64,000 bases of DNA from Candidatus Latescibacterota bacterium (GTDB taxonomy: Bacteria; Latescibacterota; UBA2968; UBA8231): positions 416,001 to 480,000 of the forward strand of contig CBDCDC010000002.1 of NCBI GenBank assembly GCA_965215195.1, read 5' to 3'. The position numbers and the translations under genes are program-made. Under the pieces are notes generated by a model that saw only the letters and a program-made list of their open reading frames with translations, did no database searches and was not told where the DNA came from. Positions 19,641-29,766 of this stretch are shown piece after piece. The stretch's first letter is position 1; each line of letters begins with the position of its first letter.

Positions 19641-20543
19641 ATGGTCGATATCGAGCTAATTCCCGCAGACTGCAAGGCCGTCGTCGCCATTGACGGCCAG
19701 CTTTTTACCGAGTACCGCTACGGCCACTACGTGTGCCGCCCGTACTTCTATCCAGTGCTGACGCCCAGCGGTGCCGGCCTCACCCGCGCCTACCCGCTGG
19801 AAGATGTCGCTGGCGAGACGCAGGACCACTACCACCATCGCGGCATGTACACGGCCCACGGCCTCGTCAACGGCCACAACCTGTGGGACGAGGGCACCGG
19901 CCACGGAGCCATGCTGCAACGAGGCGAGCCAGTAGTAGGCACAGTCGACGGTGCAGCCCAGATCGATGGGATCGTCGATTGGTTCGGGCCGGAGGGCGAG
20001 AAGCTGTTAGAGGAGCGGCGCACCATCGCCATCCGCGCCGAAGGTGCGCTGCGGATCGTGGACCAGCGCAGCGAGTTGCGCGCCCGCTACGGCGACGCGA
20101 CCTTCGGCGACACCAAAGAAGGCGGGCTGTTTGCGATCCGGGTGCCGACCTCTATGGATGCCAAGGACGCAGGACGAATTGAAAACTCGGCCGGCCAAGT
20201 CTTTGAAAACGGCCAAGGCGAGGAGGTTACTTGGGGTCAGCAGGCGGCTTGGGTGGATTATTCCGGGCCGATAGCCGCTGGCGAGGAGTGGGGGCACACG
20301 GTCGTCGATCACCGCGACAACCCCCGCCACCCGACCTACTGGCACGTGCGCGGCTACGGGCTGTTTACCGCCAACCCCTTTGGAGTCCACGATTTCAAGG
20401 GCGACGCAAGCCTAGACGCGAGCCTGACCATCTCCGGCGGCGACAAGGCCGTCTTCTGCTACCGGCTGATCATCCACCCCGGCCGCGGCGTTGACGGGCA
20501 CCCAGACGTGCGCCGGCTCATCGAACAGTTCCAAGCGGGATAG
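19641..20543 (+). CDS. PmoA-family (DUF6807-like) protein
   Basis: PYFYPV..LTRAYP, DHYHHRG, FGDTKEG, WVDYSG, WHVRGYGLFTANPFG. Confidence 0.75.
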   Translation: MVDIELIPADCKAVVAIDGQLFTEYRYGHYVCRPYFYPVLTPSGAGLTRAYPLEDVAGETQDHYHHRGMYTAHGLVNGHNLWDEGTGHGAMLQRGEPVVGTVDGAAQIDGIVDWFGPEGEKLLEERRTIAIRAEGALRIVDQRSELRARYGDATFGDTKEGGLFAIRVPTSMDAKDAGRIENSAGQVFENGQGEEVTWGQQAAWVDYSGPIAAGEEWGHTVVDHRDNPRHPTYWHVRGYGLFTANPFGVHDFKGDASLDASLTISGGDKAVFCYRLIIHPGRGVDGHPDVRRLIEQFQAG

Positions 20544-20561
20544 AATGGTATCTATGGGAGG

Positions 20562-20589
20562 AAAAACCGGTCTGCGGGCCGGTTTTTTT
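20562..20589. terminator. intrinsic terminator
   Basis: AAAAACCGGTC TGCG GGCCGGTTTTTTT hairpin with T-tract. Confidence 0.75.
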
Positions 20590-20623
20590 GTGCCTCGCCA
20601 CCATCTCAAACAGACGGAGAGCA

Positions 20624-21688
20624 ATGACTAAGAGTACGCAAGACAAGCTGCGCGTCGCCCTAATCGGTGCCGGAGGGATTGCTGGGTTGCACCTGCGCCA
20701 TTACCAAAACATGGACGACGTGGAGATAGTGGCCGTGGCAGACGTGGACTTAGAAAGAGCGCTAAAATACTGCGAGGAATGCGAAATCCCCGCAGCCTAC
20801 GCCGACTACGAGCAGATGCTCCGGCAGGTCGAACCCGACGCGGTGAGCGTCTGCACGCCCAATAACCTGCACGCGGCCTGCTCCATCGCCGCGCTCAATG
20901 CGGGTACCCACGTCCTCGTGGAGAAGCCTTTAGCCATGAACGCGCGCGAGGGGCAAAAGATGCTCGACGCCGCCGAGAAAAACGGCAAAAAGCTGGTCAT
21001 CGGCTTCCAGAACCGCTATGAGCCGAAGACGCAGTTTATCAAGAGGGCCATTGACAACGGCGAATTGGGCGCGGTCCTGTACGCCCGGGTGCAAGCTCTG
21101 CGCCGGCGGGGAATTCCCAACTGGGGCGTTTTTGGCCGCAAGGACCTACAAGGCGGCGGCCCCCTGATCGACATTGGCGTCCACATGCTGGAGACCACGC
21201 ACTATGCGATGGGCGCACCCAAACCAGTGGCAGCGAGTGGCTCCACCTATACCTACCTCGGCGACAAGCCGTCAAACGTGGCCTCGCACTGGCCCAACTG
21301 GGATTACGAGACCTATACGGTAGAGGACTTAGCGGTGGGCCATATCCGCTTTGCCAATGGCGCGATGCTCAGTATTGAGACCAGCTTTGCCGCCCATATC
21401 GAGAAGAACGAGTGGAACTTCACGCTGATGGGCGAAAAAGGCGGTGCCAACTGGGAGCCGGCGGGGTTTTTCCACGACGCCAACGATTACATGGTCAACA
21501 CCCGGCCCGACTGGATGCCCAGCGGCCCGGCGGCCGACGCCTTCGGCCAGAAGATGCGCAACTTCGTCGATTGCGTACTCTACGGCGCGGAAACCCTGTC
21601 GCCGGCAGAGCACGGGCTGATGGTGCAGAAGATGATCGACGGGCTGTACGAATCGGCCGCGCAGGGGCGAGAAGTGCGGATCGAATAG
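20624..21688 (+). CDS. Gfo/Idh/MocA oxidoreductase
   Basis: IGAGGIA, CTPNNLH, VLVEKP, GGGPLIDIGVH. Confidence 0.92.
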   Translation: MTKSTQDKLRVALIGAGGIAGLHLRHYQNMDDVEIVAVADVDLERALKYCEECEIPAAYADYEQMLRQVEPDAVSVCTPNNLHAACSIAALNAGTHVLVEKPLAMNAREGQKMLDAAEKNGKKLVIGFQNRYEPKTQFIKRAIDNGELGAVLYARVQALRRRGIPNWGVFGRKDLQGGGPLIDIGVHMLETTHYAMGAPKPVAASGSTYTYLGDKPSNVASHWPNWDYETYTVEDLAVGHIRFANGAMLSIETSFAAHIEKNEWNFTLMGEKGGANWEPAGFFHDANDYMVNTRPDWMPSGPAADAFGQKMRNFVDCVLYGAETLSPAEHGLMVQKMIDGLYESAAQGREVRIE

Positions 21689-21727
21689 GCGTTGGTTTTT
21701 TTCTAAAGTGGCGTACATTTTGCACTG

Positions 21728-22987
21728 ATGCTAAAAATTATACGCCCAATCCAACAAGACATACAGGACGTTCACCAGCGCGAACGCGGACGCCTCCTCG
21801 TGCTTACGGGTGCCCGCCAAGTGGGGAAATCCACCCTTGCCAGCATGGCGTTCCCCGACTATCCGGCGATTAATCTAGATTCGCCTGTAGAACGAGCGGC
21901 CTACGAACAGCTAGCGCCGGAGGAATGGCTTGCCCGCTACCCCCGCGCCATCGTTGATGAGGCGCAGAAGCTGCCAGCGGTCATCGAGACCTTAAAAGCG
22001 TGTTACGACCGCGATGCGCGGGTGCGTTATATCCTGCTGGGGTCAAGCCAAATTCTGCTGCTCGAAAAAGTGCGCGAATCACTGGCTGGGCGCGCTGCGC
22101 TCCGAGCGCTTTTTCCGTTTACCCTGCCGGAATTGCTGGCCTCGACCGGGGCAAGCCGCTTGGTCGAGGTACTCGCTGCCGACGATCCGGTCCGCGCCCT
22201 CGACCAGCTATGTCCGGCGACCTACCGCATTACCCCAGCCTACGCGCTGGCCAAAACGCGCTGGGAGTATTTCCTCCACTGGGGCGGTATGCCGCGGCTT
22301 AGGGAGTGGGACGACGAGGACCGCTTCGCGTGGTTGCAGGACTACCAAGCGATGTATCTCCAGCGCGACTTGGGCGATCTGGCGCAGTTGCGGCGGCTGG
22401 AGCCTTTTGTTCGCGCTCAGCAAGCGGCGGCCCTGCGTTCGGGGAAAGTGATCAATTTTTCGGATCTGGCGCGGCTGAGCGATGTGTCTCCGGCGACAGC
22501 GCGGCAGTTTATGCGCTATTTGGAACTGAGCTACCAGATTATTCTGCTGCCGGCTTGGTATCGCAACGCAGAAAAACGCCTGAGCAAGCAAAGCAAGCTG
22601 CACTTTGTCGATCCGGGGATCCGGCGGAGCATTTTGCGGAAGCGCGGGGAAATTGACGGCGCGGAACTAGAAAGTGCGGTGGTGGCTGAAATCTACAAGC
22701 AGTGCCGCAACGCCCAACTACCGGTTGATCTATACCATCTGCGCACGGCGGATCGGCGCGAGGTGGACTTGTTGATTGAGCGCGAGGATGGGTTTATCGC
22801 AGTGGAAGTCAAACAGACCGCGAGGGTCAGCGTCGCCGATTTTCGCCACCTGCGCGGTTTAGAGGACTTGCTGGACAAGCCGTTGCTGTTGGGCTTAGTC
22901 GTTTCAAACGATGCGTTGAGCATTCCCAGCGCGGACGGGCGGCTGCGCCACGTGGCCATTCCGCATTTGCTGTCGGGAGGGGGATAG
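21728..22987 (+). CDS. AAA_14 ATPase with DUF4143 domain
   Basis: TGARQVGKST, VDEAQ, LGSS, GGMP, EVDL..AVEVK. Confidence 0.88.
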   Translation: MLKIIRPIQQDIQDVHQRERGRLLVLTGARQVGKSTLASMAFPDYPAINLDSPVERAAYEQLAPEEWLARYPRAIVDEAQKLPAVIETLKACYDRDARVRYILLGSSQILLLEKVRESLAGRAALRALFPFTLPELLASTGASRLVEVLAADDPVRALDQLCPATYRITPAYALAKTRWEYFLHWGGMPRLREWDDEDRFAWLQDYQAMYLQRDLGDLAQLRRLEPFVRAQQAAALRSGKVINFSDLARLSDVSPATARQFMRYLELSYQIILLPAWYRNAEKRLSKQSKLHFVDPGIRRSILRKRGEIDGAELESAVVAEIYKQCRNAQLPVDLYHLRTADRREVDLLIEREDGFIAVEVKQTARVSVADFRHLRGLEDLLDKPLLLGLVVSNDALSIPSADGRLRHVAIPHLLSGGG

Positions 22988-23029
22988 GTTGCCAATGGGC
23001 CCTATCCGCGTTGATTGAAGTTCCCTAGA

Positions 23030-26000
23030 CTAGCTTCCTCTTAAAAAAAGAAAAACCCTTGATGGAGTGTCGCCGCCAAACAGTTTCTTATTGCGGAGAT
23101 TCTCCCATTTTTTGAATCGCTCCCGCAACCTACTTCTGATACTGGGCCAAAACAACCTCATCGGTTCATTGCGGTCTTCGTATTCTGATCGCCAAAACTC
23201 ATACCTTCCGTCAACAATCTTTGCGAACAAAATGGAAAAGCGCCAGAATTCATCGGCCTCATTCGCATCGCACATCTGAGCGAACCAATATCTCGCCCAA
23301 GTATTCCGGTCATAGGCATAACGTGCAGCTTTGTGTGCATCCCCAATGAAACCGTCGGCGTCCTGATAGCGGTCAAGCACATCGTCATTGAATTCACTGT
23401 TATCTGAAAAACCAGCGACCATGATCGCACGAGCTATTTCAGCGGGTTCTTTTCTCTCTAGTTTGGCATCGATATACTGGCGTAGCAGGTTTTGTTTGTC
23501 CTTCAGATGCGCGACAAGAATCTCTTTCGAGAGTTCGTAGTCGTTCGCCGCCCTGTCCAAGCGTTCAAAACGCAAATCATTTAGAATCTCTGTGTCCGAG
23601 CCGCCCCAGACCGCCATAGCATCCAGAGATACAGCCGCACGGCCAAAAGTAAGGCGAATCAAGGGATGACCATCTTGGACTATGCGGAATAGTTTGGCCG
23701 CCTTTTCTGGGCATCGCTTGCCCAACGCATGGGCGAGAAGAAGAACAAGATTGTGAACTACAGGTAACCGGCCCTTGTCCAAGCCGATAAACATATCGTA
23801 CCACTGATTGGCTAAGTCCTCGTTGGACTCGACAATTGAACAGAAATTACCAAGCCCATCACGCCCAAGGTGGTCAAGAATGATGTGAGCCTTTTGGGCA
23901 GTCAGCCTATCTCTAAATGCTCGGTAGGTCTCTTGGTTGCGATTCTGTCTCTCTATAAATTCCTCATTGCTTTCCGCAAATCGGTCCCATTGATCAGCTA
24001 GATCGGTCGGCCTATCTGAGATGCTGAGAAGCGAACCGGATCTTTCCTCGTAGCCGATACGCATCTCAATATCGGGTGCGGTGATACCCACTTCCAGATT
24101 GGTGACACAACAAATCGAGGCATGTACGTGCAGGGCAGCACCACGCACAGCGTCACGCCTGCCCCGCTGGCTCCATGCGGCTGCCGCTCGGCCATAGAAA
24201 TCGGGAGACATACGGTCAAGCGCGTCGCTATATTCGATGATGCCATACGCGGCTGCCTGAACCAATATAGCAGAACCATAGAAAACCTCATAATCTTTGC
24301 TCTCCGAAACCTGCAAGTCGCCACAGGACACTTCGGCAAGAAGGGTTTCGTCGTCAAGCTGGGCAATGATGCCCAAAGCCTGAACACGAACCCGTTCAGA
24401 CTGAGCTTTTGAAAGGTAAGCGATATGCTTACGAGAGTTGATAGAAATAGGTGTTAATGTCTCTTTCGCAAATCCCAGAAGTACGAACTGTGTATGTTCG
24501 TCCCCATTCTGGCAAGCCGATTTCAAAAGATTGTCGAATACCCTTTCCTCCAAAGGTTTTGCGATATCCATAAGGACTGCGAGTATACTACACTCAGGGG
24601 AGACGGATAACAGGGCGTCTATCTGCTCTCGGCCGCTCAGAAATGGGAAGGCGAGGAGAAGGCTATATTGGGAGATACTCCATCGGCCCTGCTCAGGAAG
24701 ATCATTTTCGTTCGTTTCTTCGCTTTCCTGCGACCCTAAAAGTTCAAGTCCGTTCTCTTTTGTCAGCAGCGCATTGTGGTCAAGAAGTTCGAATAATCCT
24801 AAGTACAGTAGCTGACCCTGCCGGCGTACAACATCTTGAGCAAATTCCCTGTGCTTGGCTATAGCCACTCGGGCTTCAAAACGAGCCATCCCCGGCCGGG
24901 CCATAGCAAAAAAATGATCTTCGGAGGTAGTGCTCCTGCTTAATCGAAGCTTCTTAACGTCAATGTCTCTATAGTTTTGTGCCGTTTGCTTCACGTTATC
25001 GGGCTTTTCCGATGTAGGATCGCAAGGGTCGGTTGAGCAATAATTCTCCACGCGTCGCCAACTAGGAAAATAGGTGTGATCCTCGGTCAGCTTCTCTACT
25101 AGTATCCTTGCCTGCTTGGCGTCTTCGGTGTTGCCTGTTGACTGTAAGATATTGACAAGTGTCCACTTACCCGTATCCGAAATTTCTTCTTGCCTCAATA
25201 CATCGACTTCTTTCAACAGTGCGACACGAGCATCGGACCAGTCGACACGGTTGAACTGAACAAGGTGCCTGAATTCTCGATCTGGAGGCATAAGTTCGGT
25301 ATTGAGCGCATTGGCAAAGCTCCATTGTACGAGGGCTTGTGCAGCCGGCGCAATCGGTTTGCCGGCGAGCAGGATGAATGCGAAATGCGAGAGCGAATTC
25401 AGCGCACCATCTGCTTCCGTTAGTTCAGAGAGAATTTTCCTTTCGGCTTTCGATAATACCTCCAGTCTCTCACGAATTTCCCTCTTTTTCTTTTTGTACT
25501 TCTTTTTCTTCTCATTGGACGAGAAAAAAAAGGAAGCCGGGAACAAACCACGCTCTGGAGCCAGTGAGTAACAGGAGAGCCAAGTCTGAATCTCTTTGAA
25601 TATTATTTTCCAAGCATTTTCATCCTCACGAGCAAGTATCAGTGCTTTTTGAACCCAGTCGAAATTGCTCTGATGGCCACCGGATAGGCAGAGACGGTGT
25701 GCAGCTTCAGTAAACAGGGCGGGGCAGATTCTCGCCAGACTAGCAAACGAGGCGAATTCGTCTTCATCCGGGTTCTGTAGATCCGCAAACACCCGGATGA
25801 GGGGGGTAGCAATTTTAGGGTCGCCGCTGTAAAGGCAGGTCACGGTAAGTGCCGCGAGGACGGCATTTGCTGTCTTGTCTAGTGCCGAGATAGGTTCAAT
25901 GATTTCTTCCACCGCTTCATCAAGATCGCGATCAGTACGTGAGGCACTGTAGAGACGATCAATTACGGCGAAACCGAGGGCCAATATCAGGCCGTCTTCA

Positions 26001-27610
26001 TCCAGCTTATAACGACTTGGATATCCCTCAACGGTACGGTAGAAACGTCCCTCTGCAACTGCCTGTAGATCGTAGTCGAAGACAGTTAGATCATCCCCAT
26101 GAGAACTACGAACTCGTGAAATGACCTTATCGGCATGCCTCCGAAGCTCCGCTACGAATTCCTCAAATGGCTGCGGAACAGGTGCATTCTGCTCGCTCAA
26201 TCGTATGTGTTCAAAGAGAAGGAGATTGACGCTGAGCTCTTCCAGTCCAGCGATATCGGCACCTGCCAGAAGTTCGAGTGCGATTCCCAAAAGACGTGGA
26301 TTGCGAAGGGAAGCAGCGACCTTCGGCTGAAGGTTTGTAGCTATGATCCCTCGGTCCGCGAGAACCTCGTCGCGTTCCTGTTCGGTCCATTTTGGAACTT
26401 CCACCTCTTTATCAGCGTGGGAAAGGCGCGGCCGAACTCGGTCTTGGTAGTATTGTGTCCGCACAGTCATGATCAGTTGGCCGCCTATCGGGTCCAACTC
26501 CGCGCTAAATTTTTCGGCAATTCGTGCCCAGTCCTTTTCCGGGCGCTGGTTCACGCCATCAATGAGGACTGCGAGACGAAGCCGTTCCGCCGGATGCTTC
26601 CGCCATCGTCTGAGTATTCTGTCCCATTTGTTCTTTATGACGCCGCTTGCGTAATCCCCAGCCTGTTCGATCAATGCCGAAATCAGCAATTCCTGCACGT
26701 CATTTTGTTCCGCCGTGTCAGCAAATGCATTCGGGTTCAGGACGACCATCAGTGGTTTCTCTTCGACAGAGAGCCACCCTTGGGCGACAAACCACGATTT
26801 GCCGCTTCCTTCGTCTCCAATGACATAGAGAACTTCTCGGCTCGGTTCGCCAGTCAGGAATGGGTGAATCGAGTCGAGAAGGTTATCGCGGGGGAGTACC
26901 GCCCCATTTGCCGCGTCCGAAGGTGCCAGCGGTTGGCCAAACCGCTCTTGCGCCAACTGTCTGCTAGAAAAGGCATCGGTTAGCCATTTGGCATTGGTCT
27001 GCCGCGCTGTAGCCATTCCGAGTGTCGGCTCGCGCAGGATCGCACGTATTCTCTCAGCGTGACCATTGAAGGATGGGTCGTTCTCCACATCCGAGAGTGC
27101 ATCTTCCATCTTTGTGAGCGGTTCCGGTGCTTCGATGTGATTGCGGAGAAAATCTTGGACTTTTGCAGATGCCATCGCTAGTGCGACAGCTAGAGGCGGC
27201 AAAGCGCTTTCGGACCAGTCAAGAATTAGGGTGGATATTGCCGAACCCTTGCCAAAATTAGACACTGCGTCAGCACTTTGACTAGGAATCTGCGATGTCG
27301 CACATAGTACCCAAAGGTCGGTATTGCTGCCTCCAATCAAGAGTTCACCGATTTTTGACATGATTTCCACCCTAGGCACTGGACCTTTGTAACGTTTACA
27401 CTCGAAACATATGCCGTCGTCTGCATAGGTAGATTTACCGTCAATTCCGAATTGTAAACTGCTGCCGGCTAGTCTAAACGGGACGCCGGCGATTTCGCTG
27501 AGCACGATCCTAATCAGACCCTCAAATCCATCATCACCTGTGGCACGAAGGTCGGTCAGGATTTTCTTTAGATCGTCGATGCAGGCCGAAATGTCTGTTC
27601 TCGTTTCCAT
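23030..27610 (-). CDS. N-terminal PD-(D/E)xK (Mrr-like) nuclease fused to STAND NTPase and long helical C-terminus; Avs-like candidate
   Basis: GFEGL..GIDG..FECKRY; Walker A GDEGSGKS; Walker B LAVLIDGVNQ; lower GC. Confidence 0.7.
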   Translation of the reverse strand: METRTDISACIDDLKKILTDLRATGDDGFEGLIRIVLSEIAGVPFRLAGSSLQFGIDGKSTYADDGICFECKRYKGPVPRVEIMSKIGELLIGGSNTDLWVLCATSQIPSQSADAVSNFGKGSAISTLILDWSESALPPLAVALAMASAKVQDFLRNHIEAPEPLTKMEDALSDVENDPSFNGHAERIRAILREPTLGMATARQTNAKWLTDAFSSRQLAQERFGQPLAPSDAANGAVLPRDNLLDSIHPFLTGEPSREVLYVIGDEGSGKSWFVAQGWLSVEEKPLMVVLNPNAFADTAEQNDVQELLISALIEQAGDYASGVIKNKWDRILRRWRKHPAERLRLAVLIDGVNQRPEKDWARIAEKFSAELDPIGGQLIMTVRTQYYQDRVRPRLSHADKEVEVPKWTEQERDEVLADRGIIATNLQPKVAASLRNPRLLGIALELLAGADIAGLEELSVNLLLFEHIRLSEQNAPVPQPFEEFVAELRRHADKVISRVRSSHGDDLTVFDYDLQAVAEGRFYRTVEGYPSRYKLDEDGLILALGFAVIDRLYSASRTDRDLDEAVEEIIEPISALDKTANAVLAALTVTCLYSGDPKIATPLIRVFADLQNPDEDEFASFASLARICPALFTEAAHRLCLSGGHQSNFDWVQKALILAREDENAWKIIFKEIQTWLSCYSLAPERGLFPASFFFSSNEKKKKYKKKKREIRERLEVLSKAERKILSELTEADGALNSLSHFAFILLAGKPIAPAAQALVQWSFANALNTELMPPDREFRHLVQFNRVDWSDARVALLKEVDVLRQEEISDTGKWTLVNILQSTGNTEDAKQARILVEKLTEDHTYFPSWRRVENYCSTDPCDPTSEKPDNVKQTAQNYRDIDVKKLRLSRSTTSEDHFFAMARPGMARFEARVAIAKHREFAQDVVRRQGQLLYLGLFELLDHNALLTKENGLELLGSQESEETNENDLPEQGRWSISQYSLLLAFPFLSGREQIDALLSVSPECSILAVLMDIAKPLEERVFDNLLKSACQNGDEHTQFVLLGFAKETLTPISINSRKHIAYLSKAQSERVRVQALGIIAQLDDETLLAEVSCGDLQVSESKDYEVFYGSAILVQAAAYGIIEYSDALDRMSPDFYGRAAAAWSQRGRRDAVRGAALHVHASICCVTNLEVGITAPDIEMRIGYEERSGSLLSISDRPTDLADQWDRFAESNEEFIERQNRNQETYRAFRDRLTAQKAHIILDHLGRDGLGNFCSIVESNEDLANQWYDMFIGLDKGRLPVVHNLVLLLAHALGKRCPEKAAKLFRIVQDGHPLIRLTFGRAAVSLDAMAVWGGSDTEILNDLRFERLDRAANDYELSKEILVAHLKDKQNLLRQYIDAKLERKEPAEIARAIMVAGFSDNSEFNDDVLDRYQDADGFIGDAHKAARYAYDRNTWARYWFAQMCDANEADEFWRFSILFAKIVDGRYEFWRSEYEDRNEPMRLFWPSIRSRLRERFKKWENLRNKKLFGGDTPSRVFLFLRGS

Positions 27611-27633
27611 CTCTGGCGTCGCTCAGCGCGGAT

Positions 27634-28641
27634 TTAATCCCACCCCGTCTCAACCCCCAACTCGCGCCCACACGCCGCCAGCCTTTCCAAGTCGTCCAAG
27701 GCCATCGGCACCCCTTCGCGGGCGTATTCCTCGCTCTTGCGGTGCTCAACGGTGCCCGGCAGGGTTGCCTCGTCATAGCCGCGCACAGGTTCCATGGTCT
27801 CGCGGACGCCGCGCACGAGATTGTCAACGCCAGCGCGGAAGGCGTCGGGCGGGGCGAACGCGCCGATGTCCATGACGATGATCAGGCCGCCATTGCCCGC
27901 GCGGGGCCATCGCTGGGCAACGGCCCGGGCGCGGTCGCTGTTTTGGCCGACGAAGGCGCCGCCCAGCGTCAAGGCCGAGCCGGTGTAGCCCATTGACTTG
28001 AAGAACGCGGGCGGAATCAATTCCTGTAAGGCGTCGTATTCCGGGCCGCGGTGGTAGTCGGCGAGGATGCAGGTGGCTGCGTCGAGGACCAGCGGCGGCT
28101 CTTCTGCTGACGGGAAGCCAAAGCAGAGCGGCGGGTTGCCCCAGTAGGCGGACTGCTGGCCGCGGTTGCCGCCGCCCTCGCCGAAGTAATTGGGATGGTG
28201 CCCCTGAACCGAAAAGGCGCAGCATCCTTCCTGCATGGCGCGGCGCACGTAGTGCCCGGCCGAGCCGTAGTGCCCGAGGTGACAGGCCGCGCCGAGGGCA
28301 ACCTTGTATTGCTTGGCCTTCTCCACGGCCTTTTCAGTGGCCAGCATCATCGGCGCGTAGCCCAAGCCACCGTCGCCGTCAATGAGGACCGTGGTCTCGG
28401 TATCTTGGAGTACGCGCAGGTCTGGGTTGGGGTTGACGGTGCCGTCGCGCAGGTTGCCGCAATAGCCAACCATGGCGCGGGTGCCGTGCGAGCGCACGCC
28501 GCGCAGGTCGGAGTTGGACAACAGCTCGGCTAGCTGATCGGCGTGGTCGGCGCGCAGCCCGGCGGCCTTGAGGCAGTCGGCGGTAAAGGAGCGCAGCGCG
28601 GCAACGGGTACGCGCTTGAATTCTGCGGGGGGGCGGTTCAT
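27634..28641 (-). CDS. Ldh_2 family (malate/L-lactate/ureidoglycolate) oxidoreductase
   Basis: DLRGVRSHG, IDGDGGLG, HYGSAGHY, GNPPLCF. Confidence 0.85.
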   Translation of the reverse strand: MNRPPAEFKRVPVAALRSFTADCLKAAGLRADHADQLAELLSNSDLRGVRSHGTRAMVGYCGNLRDGTVNPNPDLRVLQDTETTVLIDGDGGLGYAPMMLATEKAVEKAKQYKVALGAACHLGHYGSAGHYVRRAMQEGCCAFSVQGHHPNYFGEGGGNRGQQSAYWGNPPLCFGFPSAEEPPLVLDAATCILADYHRGPEYDALQELIPPAFFKSMGYTGSALTLGGAFVGQNSDRARAVAQRWPRAGNGGLIIVMDIGAFAPPDAFRAGVDNLVRGVRETMEPVRGYDEATLPGTVEHRKSEEYAREGVPMALDDLERLAACGRELGVETGWD

Positions 28642-28695
28642 GGGGGTTCCTTGGGGTTAGGGTGCGTCCAGAAAGGCGTATAGTAACCACGTCCC

Positions 28696-29766
28696 TCAGG
28701 CGAGGGCCTCGCGGAGAAAGTCGTAGGCGCGGGCACCGCTGATCTGGTGCCGGCCCGAAAAAATGTCGGCTTCCACTTGGTGGCGGGCTGAGAAAAACTC
28801 GTACACTTGGTGCGCTTTGGTCAGGCTGGAGCGCACGGCGGCAAGGGGGAAGATGGGGTCGTGGGTGCCGGCTTCCACCAGCAATGGGCGCGGGGCGATG
28901 AGGCCGACTAGATCGTACATTTCGCCGAATTCGGCCAAGCCCGGCACGTAGTTGCACGGGCAGTGCGACATGGCGAGAATGCTGTGCTGGAAGGTCGAGT
29001 AGTACCCGCTGACCACGCAGGCGCGGATGCGCTCGTCAATGCAGGTGGAGAAGAACGTGTGCATGCCGCCGCCCGAAATGCCCATGGCACCGAGGCGATT
29101 GGTGTCGAACTCGGGGCGGGTTTCCAAGTAGTCAACCAAGCGCAGGCCGTCGCGCACGCGGATGCCGACCACCGAGGTGCCTAAGTGGAAGGCGAGCATG
29201 GCTGTATGAGTACAGGTCGAAGGCGCTCCCTGGCCGCGTTCCAGATAGGAGAAATCGGTCTGGCGCTCGCCAAAGCCCGAAATTTCTGGGGCGGCCACGG
29301 CAAAGCCAGCGCGGCACAGGGCCACGCCGAAGTCCTTGTGGTACCCGTCGGGTTCGTCGCGCTCGCCGCCGTCTTCCCACAAACCGACGATGTCCTTGAC
29401 GCCGTAGCCGTGACCGTGGAAAGCCACGACCGTGGGCAGGGGGCCGTTGGGGCCTTTGGGCAGCAGGATGTACACCGGCATCTGTGCGTGCGGGCCGGTG
29501 CGCAGGATTATTTTTTGCCGCGTGTAATCGCCTTTGTCGATTTCTTCTACTTTGCGCGGTGCCAAGTCCGTCGCGTCGCCTGCGGCTAGGCCCAGATGCT
29601 GGGCGAGGGCGCGTCGCGTCGTCGTTTGCCAGCGTCGCGCTTGGGCCGGACTTTCGGCCTTAAAGGCGCGGGGCGCGGCGGCCGGGTCGTACTGTTTCCA
29701 CAGCGCGGTCGCCGGTTGCAGTGGTTTTAAGGTGCGATTGTCGAGTATTTTGGAAGTCATGCTCAC
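28696..29766 (-). CDS. alpha/beta hydrolase (dienelactone hydrolase/acetylesterase-like)
   Basis: HGHG, GISGGG nucleophile elbow, LIAPRPL, D and H catalytic candidates. Confidence 0.85.
   Translation of the reverse strand: MSMTSKILDNRTLKPLQPATALWKQYDPAAAPRAFKAESPAQARRWQTTTRRALAQHLGLAAGDATDLAPRKVEEIDKGDYTRQKIILRTGPHAQMPVYILLPKGPNGPLPTVVAFHGHGYGVKDIVGLWEDGGERDEPDGYHKDFGVALCRAGFAVAAPEISGFGERQTDFSYLERGQGAPSTCTHTAMLAFHLGTSVVGIRVRDGLRLVDYLETRPEFDTNRLGAMGISGGGMHTFFSTCIDERIRACVVSGYYSTFQHSILAMSHCPCNYVPGLAEFGEMYDLVGLIAPRPLLVEAGTHDPIFPLAAVRSSLTKAHQVYEFFSARHQVEADIFSGRHQISGARAYDFLREALA

Noticed and set aside
19641-20543. Methane monooxygenase subunit
   Set aside because: The family name is a misnomer; this is a soluble protein with no pmoCAB context.
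25524-25531. A8 tract in the STAND gene as a phase-variation switch
   Set aside because: Short tract within a low-complexity region; the frame is intact and there is no other evidence.
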